Of a DNA stretch of 38,517 bases, positions 25,801 through 33,800 are shown piece by piece. A program made the translations under genes and the position numbers. Every line of letters begins with the position of its first letter. Position 1 is the stretch's first letter. The notes under the pieces are model-generated. The model was given only the letters and a program-made list of their open reading frames with translations, was not told the origin of the DNA and ran no database searches. The stretch covers positions 62,001 through 100,517 of the forward strand of contig JYFJ02000922.1 in the NCBI GenBank assembly GCA_000934665.2. Reading direction: 5' to 3'. The DNA is from Catajapyx aquilonaris. Taxonomy: Eukaryota.

Positions 25801-27446
25801 CTCAGGTAAAGTCACTATTGACATTCAGTTCAACTTTGTAGCTAAAGAACATACTGAGGGCACTTGTTCACAAGAATAATGTTTCAGGTACAACATTTCA
25901 AGTGAAGAGCCAGTCTTCTCAGTGACAGGTCTGGAGCCTGGAGTTTCACTCCGTTTAGCTGTGTTCGCAGTCAATGCTCGTGGACGAAGCGAGCCCATTG
26001 TGTTGGATGCCATTCTCCTTCGAGGAGCCAGACGCCACACTGGTCAGACACTTGTTGTGTGTTCCTTTCTGCCCTGTATAACCCATGTGAAATTGCAGTA
26101 GCCCAACGTCAGATGCCATTACTACCACTGGCAGCCATTCTTCTGGGTGCAGCCCTCGTTCTCTTCTCCACTGCCTTGGCAGTTGTGCTGACTCTCAGGC
26201 GTCTGTCTCGAAGACGCATGCCAGAGAAGACAGCCCTCCCTTCTTCACCCCGTACACAAGCTGCAGCTGATGCCAACAATCAACCACCAGCTTCCTCTGC
26301 TTCCAGAACCAAGATGGCAGAGGATAGTGATCCTGACCTCATTCCTGCCATGCAAGGTATTAGGTCACAAATACAAAAGAGAGGTCGAGGTTTTATTGAA
26401 GGCTACATGAAATATGGCATGCAGTCATACTTATAATTTTCAATGTAACTTGACAGATAAACTACTATGCTATGTATATTTTGTGGGCCACTTCTTGCCT
26501 AAGCATGCTGCCAACCAGCAGCAATATTTTCAACTCTCTTGATCAGTATATCTGTAATTTCACATCCTATAAATAAACTTGAAAATTAACTTCATGACAA
26601 TATTTGGTGAGATGAATCAATATCTATCGAGTCATGGGCTAATTATCAATTAGATTCCATCCCATTTTCAATGGCCTCTCACTCACCCCTTCCTCACTTT
26701 CTTTTGTATGCACTGTATGCCAATGTGATTAATCCAAGTTATCAGGGAGCATTAAGAATGCTTGTTACCCAGAAGCCGTCAGTCGGATGCCCCCACCAGT
26801 AAGAAATGGCAGCCCTTGCTGGCCATCCATAGCAGCAACCACGCCCACGCCTTCCACACCCACAATCCTCAATCGAAGCTCTGTGGGCTCACTCTTGTCA
26901 CCAGGAGAAGCAATGCTGACTGATGGAAATATACACCAGGTGAGCCGAAAACCTACATTTGGGGACGCCTGAAGTGCATACCACCACATGGGATGCAAAT
27001 GCTTCAATACCTTCTGTTGTGTTCTAGGTCTTGAGCGTGAGGTAAGAGCAGCCTCACAGACCAACTGAGAAATAATATTACACATTTTATCATCACTTAA
27101 GCTAAATAGTAGCTTAACCCTACAGTCCCTGTAGTTTAGTGGCAAAACACACACTCAGCAAGGGTGTGGACCTGGGTTCGATTCCTAGCAGGGGCACACA
27201 GGGTTGAGTTACGAGGGAGTTGCGGCAATTTTTAAAATGTAGTCGCAAATCCTAATGGAGACAGTTTTCCGATCTAGATGGGAGACCCAGTTGTTGGTGT
27301 CATTTCAGGTGAGAGCGGTGCCAATCAACACAAGTGGCAGCATCACTGGTTGCACCAAGGACAAAGCTACTGGACTGGAACTAAATGGACTGCTTATCCG
27401 AGACCGCTTGCTAGCAGATGCCCGCATCCCAGAGAGTTGCGTCTAG
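13651..27446 (+). CDS. Sidestep-family / nephrin-like Ig-superfamily type I membrane protein (5 Ig + FN3 + TM + PDZ-binding tail); 14 coding exons, 5' signal-peptide exon not located
   Basis: Exons 13651-13783, 14130-14338, 16851-16961, 17161-17364, 18402-18553, 18613-18757, 22885-23015, 23083-23242, 24196-24489, 25664-25805, 25888-26042, 26099-26356, 26746-26939, 27309-27446. All are GT-AG with compatible phases; 2426 nt plus 1 upstream nt = 809 codons, open to TAG. Side-family motifs: [96 protein letters not shown].F. The paralog cannot be assigned. Confidence 0.93.
13920..14006. repeat. Short palindromic element (MITE-like)
   Basis: Perfect 12-bp inverted ends TATAGTTGGAGG/CCTCCAACTATA; internal palindrome GTTACCTG-A-CAGGTAAC and a CACGTG. 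Confidence 0.55.
14130..14338 (+). CDS. Side-like exon: Ig1 C-half, IDVRGRPLLQAKHWS...[26 protein letters not shown]
   Basis: tttcag acceptor; G|gtaagc donor; DxGxYxC Ig motif. Confidence 0.94.
16851..16961 (+). CDS. Side-like exon: Ig2 N-half, EPPQEPVIYDTTGQEVEHVAGPYEEGADVVLTCEVFGG
   Basis: tcttttcgcttccaacag acceptor; G|gtgagt donor. Confidence 0.93.
17161..17364 (+). CDS. Side-like exon: Ig2 C-half, NPPPEVSWLVNGELVD...FTCRAANTRLTPFQEKTVALDLH
   Basis: gctttttcag acceptor; T|gtgagt donor. Confidence 0.93.
17667..18279. mobile_element. Degenerate Tc1/mariner-type MITE in a Side-like intron
   Basis: TA|CAAGGTGATCCCAAATACTTGTCCGATTG versus reverse complement CAGGCTGGACCAAAATACGTGTCAGATTG; similarity extends ~80 bp (AAGCAGT(T/A)ACTC). 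Confidence 0.65.
17897..18110 (+). mobile_element. 5'-truncated tRNA-derived SINE
   Basis: Perfect 14-bp direct repeat AAATTTATTGCAAG at 17883-96 and 18111-24; Pol III B-box GTTCGATCC at 17932-40 in a CCGAG-TTCGATC-CCCGG T-arm. Confidence 0.85.
18402..18553 (+). CDS. Side-like exon: Ig3 N-half, LRPLSARIVSK...CESAGSRPPARLSWWKSGRQLESAKVQ
   Basis: tgtcag acceptor; CAG|gttgga donor; GSRPPA.LSWW motif. Confidence 0.9.
18613..18757 (+). CDS. Side-like exon: Ig3 C-half, ELSGGNISRSVLTWSPTPDDDGQALTCRAENPLLNQSALEDSWRLSVV
   Basis: cctgcag acceptor after a 59-nt intron; T|gtgagt donor. Confidence 0.93.
20660..20784. mobile_element. PIF/Harbinger-type MITE (125 bp)
   Basis: TGA duplication at 20657-59 and 20785-87; 39-bp TIRs GGGCCGGTTTCACCGAGCT..GTATATGATAAAACCAGG with 2 mismatches. 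Confidence 0.9.
22827..22877. repeat. (GAT)17 perfect microsatellite
   Basis: Direct reading. Confidence 0.97.
22885..23015 (+). CDS. Side-like exon: Ig4 N-half, [44 protein letters not shown]
   Basis: atttcag acceptor; AAT|gtatgt donor; EGDDVYFEC signature. Confidence 0.94.
23083..23242 (+). CDS. Side-like exon: Ig4 C-half, [53 protein letters not shown]
   Basis: tttttgaacag acceptor (67-nt intron); T|gtgagt donor. Confidence 0.94.
23416..23496. mobile_element. 81-bp MITE with 4-bp TSD (tentatively Sola-like)
   Basis: ACAT|GAAGGGGCGCCCCGAATA ... TATTCGGGGCGACCCATC|ACAT. Confidence 0.7.
24196..24489 (+). CDS. Side-like exon: complete Ig5, FAPVCQQSAPQIVGAS...[27 protein letters not shown]
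   Basis: ctccaacag acceptor; G|gtaaac donor. Confidence 0.94.
25664..25805 (+). CDS. Side-like exon: FN3 N-half, [47 protein letters not shown]
   Basis: gatgcag acceptor; AG|gtaaag donor. Confidence 0.93.
25888..26042 (+). CDS. Side-like exon: FN3 C-half, RYNISSEEPVFSVTGLEPGVSLRLAVFAVNARGRSEPIVLDAILLRGARRHT
   Basis: gtttcag acceptor (82-nt intron); G|gtcaga donor; GLEPG...AVN.RG.S FN3 motif. Confidence 0.91.
26099..26356 (+). CDS. Side-like exon: transmembrane helix and juxtamembrane tail (LLPLAAILLGAALVLFSTALAVVLTL-RRLSRRR...DPDLIP)
   Basis: attgcag acceptor (56-nt intron); G|gtatta donor; hydrophobic stretch followed by a basic stop-transfer cluster. Confidence 0.9.
26746..26939 (+). CDS. 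Side-like exon: Pro/Ser/Thr-rich cytoplasmic segment (alternative in-frame start 26773)
   Basis: ttatcag or ttacccag acceptor, both phase 1 and in frame; CAG|gtgagc donor; bridges phase 1 to phase 0 as required. Confidence 0.78.
27125..27196 (+). pseudogene. tRNA-like sequence (tRNA pseudogene or SINE head), nominal anticodon AGC, in the last Side-like intron
   Basis: Cloverleaf: acceptor GTCCCTG/CAGGGGC, D-arm GTTT-AGTGGCA-AAAC, T-arm CTGGG-TTCGATT-CCTAG. The anticodon stem has a mismatch, position 33 is C, and the Ala G3:U70 pair is absent. Confidence 0.75.
27309..27446 (+). CDS. Side-like terminal exon, VRAVPINTSG...LLADARIPESCV*
   Basis: catttcag acceptor; TAG at 27444-27446; class I PDZ motif S-x-V. 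Confidence 0.88.
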   Translation: MRAVPINTSGSITGCTKDKATGLELNGLLIRDRLLADARIPESCV

Positions 27447-27606
27447 TGCGTTGGAATGTGAAGGGGGAACCTTCCTTTCATCTTCTACGTACTGTACGAC
27501 GTACCAACAAGTACAAAGTTTCACAAATTCAATACCCTTGTGCATTCCGTTCTTCCCCTCCTACACACTGCTCGGCAAGTGGATGCACCAGCGCCAGGGA
27601 AACAAT

Positions 27607-27612
27607 AATAAA
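27607..27612 (+). promoter_or_regulatory. Candidate polyadenylation signal of the Side-like gene
   Basis: First AATAAA after the stop codon, 160 nt downstream. Confidence 0.5.
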
Positions 27613-27792
27613 AACATTGTCAGTATAAGAGGCCTGATAACAACTTCCATTTCTTCCTGATATTAGTGCCCAAGTTGACCTCACTAACAGGACAGTGACA
27701 AAAGCAAACACATTTTAAACTTATGTACTGTTCTGAAAAATGTTTCCAAATGTACAGAACAATGCATCAAAAGCAGACATGGTGATGTTACA

Positions 27793-27894
27793 CTACGACT
27801 GTGCTGGGCCTTTTTTCTCCTGCTTTTTCTTTGCAGAGGCACAATGAGGGCATCTTTTTATGTCCAGCCGAGGAAGAAAACAACGTGAACATGC
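27793..27894 (-). CDS. Minus gene terminal exon ACSRCFLPRLDIKRCPHCASAKKKQEKKGPAQS*
   Basis: tttttatcacag acceptor; completes HCEACSRC across the junction; TAG at 27795-27793; basic NLS-like end. Confidence 0.84.
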   Translation of the reverse strand, partial: ACSRCFLPRLDIKRCPHCASAKKKQEKKGPAQS

Positions 27895-30800
27895 CTGTGA
27901 TAAAAATGCCATATTAGCAACCACTCAAATTGACATAATATAAAAGTTCCTTGAACAGATAGTATGACAAGTATAACTACTATCACTGTGTTACACAGTG
28001 ATATTGTTATTAGGGAGCGCCATTCTTGTTTTGGACCTTTTTTAACCCTGGACCCGTGATGTGGGGTCTTTTAGGACCCCATCCATATTTTAATTTTTAT
28101 TAATTTTTATATGATACTTTTCAATGTATTGACTATATGCAATCATTCTTTGAACAATGCCTAAAATGATCTCTAATTCAAAAAAAACATGCACGTCCTG
28201 TTAGATACTTTTTTTAAATGGCAAACGTTCATTGTAATTATCATTTTAATGCATTTTAATTCCTTCGGGGTCCTAAAAGACCCCACGTCACGGTTCCAGG
28301 GTTAAATAGCTTACCTCACAATGAATCGACTCTGAGATGACACAGGTCTTGCAGCTAACACAATGCCTCTCTGGTTGGGTTTCAAAGGAGTAGAGCTGAG
28401 CCTTACACCAAGAGTATCGAAGTAAGGTTTTGCAGCTGGGATTTGGGCAAGTGCGAACTCCTGGTGTATAGTCCGATAATTTCAGAAGCTGATGACAACT
28501 TGGGCATGCCATCTTTTTGAAAGGTATCAACTGCAGGATATTCACCTGTATTCAGAAGAAAGGATTTGTCAATTTTCCAGTGAAACTTTTCACCAATCAT
28601 GCCACTTTGTTTCTTACCCCTGTACGCTGTTTTACTTCCAACAAGCACGGATCATCGCAATTTTCATTCACAAATATTCCATTTAAGCGGAGGATGGCTT
28701 CAAATGTGGTGTAATTGTTGCCTACACACAAAAATCACTGCTACATAAAAATTGTATGAGAGATATTTATTCCCACTAACCGTGTAATGCTAATGGCAAT
28801 GATGGACTTGAAGGATCTTTAAGTGGTCGTGTGATACTGTCCATGGGATTTACAAAAAGCTGATTCAACTTGGCATCACCAGCAATGAGAAAAAGTTGCA
28901 ACATGCTTGCATCACTACACTTTGAGAGAAGTATCTGAAAAGAGTTGGTTTGCTTCATCACATCCCAGTCGATATACGACAAAATTAACAAAATCCAACT
29001 TTGTGTATGGCTGTTATATCCAACTGTCCGGCTGTGACATCCTCTCTGGCATATGTTTCATATTTGCAACACTTCTTTACGTCACTGTGCAGTCGACATC
29101 CACTATATATGGCAGGTTTGGTGTCCACTTTTATCAGCACCTATTAGAACATGTCATCCATCATCTATGAATATCAGGTGTTTTGCATTGCAATGGATAC
29201 AAGAAACAAAAACTGGATACAAAGCATCCAAAAAGAATTAACATGGTTGAACTGGTAGGCCATTTATGCTTGCAGATTAGAAGGATATAGCAGTTATCAT
29301 CACAGGCAGCTCACTCACAACCAGCTAACAACTACGGCCATTTCAAATGGAACACCTTGTATATGCTCTAGAGTCTAGACCTACCAAGAAAAGGCAGATC
29401 GCACCCACTCCAGAAAATCCACTATAATAACTGAGGGTGAAAAGCTTGAAGAAATGTGCAGTTGTCACAGTATTATAGCCAACTTTGTGTTTAAGAATTT
29501 TGCTCACATGCATATTGTTAAAAATTTTGCAGATGGACAGCTCATTTGCCTAACCAATGGAAAGTATATAGCCATGCTTTCCACCGGTGTACATAACTCA
29601 CCATAATGTTTGGATGGAATTAGTGTCTGAGATTTTCACAGATTTTATTGTGAGCTGAATAATTCTGAAACACGTGGTATACAGTATAACTCTATACAGG
29701 GTGAAGGGAAACTCGCACCAAATCGCCAGGTAGACTGATAGTACTCGCAAAACTAATATAGGGATGTGCAAGTAGTTTTTGGCTCTGTTGCGTAGTTAAT
29801 GCGTGCGGTGTCCTGAAAGTGTAGAGGGCCAGATGGTGGAACATGAGGCAAAAATGACAAAGTGCATGGGTGTCGTACCCGGATTCTTAAGGCCCATACG
29901 CACAGGCCGTCGACGGTTTTGGTTTTTGGTTGCGTTGACGCCTCGGATCAATCATGACTCATGTAAACAAGCGCAACCCATTGCTTAGAGCTTGTTTACA
30001 TGGGTCATGATTGATCCGAGGCGTCAACGCAACCAAAAACCAAAACCGTCGATGGCCTGTGTGAATGGGCCTTTACTCTGACGGGATTTGATCACCTATT
30101 GCACATGGACAATGTGTTTGGGGACCAAGGCAAGGGACTGGAGGCCCTCGAGCTGACTTTTGCTTCTTTATAGCTGCCAGAACAGATGTGACGTCATGAA
30201 ACTTTGAAGGCGCAGTATGCATTAACTACGCAATGGAGCTCAAAACTAATTGCACATCCCTGTATTAGTTTCAAGAGTACTATCAGTCTACATGGTGATT
30301 GTCCGCGAGTTTCCCTTCACCCTGTATATCTGTCTATGAGTCTGCAGATAAATTTAATCATCATGGATTCTCATAAAATTAGACTTATCCTATACACATA
30401 CCAGAAGTGTACTTACTTCCTCATTATTGCAGCGCATGGCTTTGATTGAGTCCATAGGCACCTCAATACTTATCATTTTTGTTACAGGAAAGTTATCGGT
30501 TAAGTTTGTCATGTGAAAATTGGGGAGCAACTCATATTCATAGACCAGCTTCCTGAAAATGTATATGGTACTGAGCAGGTCTCACTACATTTCTCAAGAC
30601 AATTTCAAACCTGCTAGTGAAGATAACTTTCAGTCTGCTGATGGCATCCTTATGGCTTGCATTTGGCACAAATACATATTGGCCAATCTGTAGGCAAATG
30701 AAGTTGAAGTGCCGTGCCCGTTGATTTTGATGCAACATACCTGCAAGAATAAATTCTTCTTAATTGTTTATAAGAGCACACTGGTCCACATTATTAAGGA

Positions 30801-33800
30801 TCATAATAAATATGATAAGCTTCACTTGCTAGTCATACGATGCTGCAACTCAAAATGTGCAATAGAGAGTGATGAACCATTTGAAATGTCTACATTGGTT
30901 ACAAATTTTTTGCCACTAACAACGGACACTCTCCAAGTGCCACTCATCGATTTTCATGAAATTTGGTGCATTGGTAGGCCACCCCAAGGGATAAAAAATG
31001 CACCTAAAGGGACCTGCTCAAAATGACCATGTGACCACATTTTGAGGGGGGAAGAGGTCAACTCGTAAAATTCCTCAAACTCCAAATGCCCATTTTTGAT
31101 GGCGTCTTCAACTAAATTTAATGGGAAATCATGACCTGACGCACCAGTAGCCAGGAAATATCGTGAAATGTTTGAAATATCAAGCAGTTTATACCCAGAA
31201 TGTGCTGACTACCAAAACGAAAGGCATGGCGAGGCCTATTTTGGCAACATTTCAGGATGGTGTGAAACCTGTCACAAGCCTCTGTAATTATTGTAGCTTA
31301 CACTATCTAACTGTAATGATGCACAAGTTTGAAGTATGCCAAGAATTCTCGGCTAGCAACCAAGCAGCAACTTGCAACTGGTGGCTGATCGCACGGTGGC
31401 ATCACTGTAGCCAGATGTACGAGCTTTCCCGACAGTGCTACATGTCTCAAAAAGAGAACATAAAATAATAGGGGTATGTCCTCAATGAACACACTTTTAA
31501 ACCAGGTGTACAGTATCATGGGCCTGAATCAAGGGTCAGCAAACTGGTTCACGGTCAGAGACATCATCTTTATGAGATTGTTGCATGTGTTCAGTACACA
31601 AACAACAAAATAAGGCGACATTGTCTGATATTTTCATAAAAACTTTCGTCGGTCTAAAAAAATAAACATTTAGGGGGCTATACCCCCCTCAAAAAGGGGG
31701 TCACAGGGTCATTTTGAGCAGGTCACTTTGGGTGTGTTTTTCATCCCTTTGCGCAGGCTACCAATGGACCAAATTTCATGAGAATCCGCGATTGGCACTT
31801 GGAAAGTGTTCCTTGTAAGCTGCTTTCTATTTCTTAGTCCATCTCCCAAGCCAGACAGGTCTTCAGGGTAGGAGACAGACTAAGAAAGATACCAGTCTTT
31901 CCTCAAATATATTCAGTTGGTCCAAAGGAGAATGACTGAGGTATGGATGCTGATCTTTTTTCCCCCATGCGAAGCTAGTCGAGATATATTTTTTAATGAT
32001 TTCAAAAATTCAAAAAATTAATCATCATGTCTGACTGGCTGGTGGGAAAGATCACAGGCCAATCTACTGTAACAAGGTGACAAATCAGTGGCGTTAAGTG
32101 ATTAACCTGAAATATGTAGTGTTACTACCATTAGGCTTTCAAATAACCAGAAATGAAAGAAACCTCTCTCATGGCTCATTTCAGCATTGACTGTTCTTCA
32201 GGAGTGTGTGGTATGTAATCCAATCTGCTTTTTTACTTGCTCATTATTTCATTGAAGGGCAAACACCCGGGTAGAAAAGTACATTACACAGAAATCCATA
32301 AGAAAAAACACACTCACAGACATCTGAGGAAGTCAGCTAATATGGTTTAGTCATGTCACCCTACAATAGACAATGGATTTGTCAATGATCGGCAGTTATA
32401 GAATGTAATTGCAAACACTTACTGACTTAATGCAACTAAAATTCATCTTAATCCAAAAAATCCATGTCAACAAACTGGCTACAAAGTTTTATTGTGAATA
32501 GATAATGTTGTCCAAGATACTGAAAAACCTACACAATGGAGCTACACCTGTGTGCAGTGGTTCTTTAAAAATGATCCAAAAATCTAGAACCTATATTTGA
32601 CAGGAAAAAATTATCCAAGTTACCATATGCAGGGTGTACCAAATGAGTGTCTTCAGTTATAATGGTTGTAGGAAATTTTGCTCAAAGCTCTTATTTTTTT
32701 GTAGCTTGTTGCACAACAATCCTGGTGCCATATTATATAGCAGCCACTACATTCGACCACCTGGGAATAATTGGGAACCTTCATTGGGGCTTAACCAGCT
32801 GCACAATAATAACTACTTCAGGCACTATTAGCAATAACTAAAAATGACCCTGGTGCTTGGAACACCCTGCATCTTCAGTTTTTCAAGGCAGCCAATTTGT
32901 CATATTGCTCTGTGTATCATTATTTTCCCCAAAATGGGGTGTTTCGTAGTGATTCAGATAAATTTTGACATTGAACTTCTGGGCACTACAGGATCACTAT
33001 GTAGAGGTGAAATAAAAGAGGTCATCCTAGAAGTTCATCGTCTGAATCGTTATGAATCATCTTGTGCACACTATAGATTTCAGAATTTACCTCACATCTG
33101 CACTGGCAGAAATGTTTCATATATGACAAGACATGTTGGCATGCAGAGGACTGGTGAGGGCAGGGAGGGGGAGGGAGGGAGGGAGGGATGGGAGTTCAAT
33201 GTGGGAGATTGCATTTTCTTGTGGCAGACTGAAAACTTTGTTGGGCAGGGGAGTACCAACTTGATGCAGGAAAGTACCACGACATTTCAATCTTTTTATG
33301 GAGCACACATTTTATGAGTGAAATTCTGAAACAACTATAATTATGGTACTGTTATCGAACTGGCCCACTGAAATTTGATCTCACGTAGCACAATCATTGC
33401 ATTTTAAAAACCATTCATCCACAGTACTCACTGTCTGCTGAAATGGTCCTAGAAGCATCATTGCCATTCACCATTGGAGAAGTGATGGTCTCTCTTGAGT
33501 TGATTGCAGCTGTGGGGTCACCACAAACTTTAATTTTTTTGCAGGAATGTGCACCATCAATCTGCAAGGTAAAGGAACATTCAGAATGTGCGAGCAAACA
33601 AGACTCGAGGTAATTTTTATAGCCTACCTGTCCTGTCTGCTGCTTATGGTCCACACTATAAAAATTAGAAGCAAGCGGAGAGGTGCCCGGAAGTATAAAT
33701 TTATCTTCCTTTGTGTTATGACCAACACTACTGATACCATGATTTATCAGCTGCACTTGAGCATGGGCTTTAGACTTGATGGTAGCCGAGAGTTCGTGTC

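Noticed and set aside
28618..28800. Ankyrin-like look of PLALHGNNYTTFEAILRLNGIFVN
   Set aside because: Single weak unit; the preceding helix is better explained as the end of the PH-like domain
30586..30687. Alternative exon bounds (acceptor 30688, donor 30585) for the minus gene
   Set aside because: Would leave a 33-nt intron and incompatible phases with both neighbouring exons
32844..33317. 157-aa + strand ORF
   Set aside because: Spans a MITE end and a G-rich repeat inside an intron of the minus gene; no recognisable motifs
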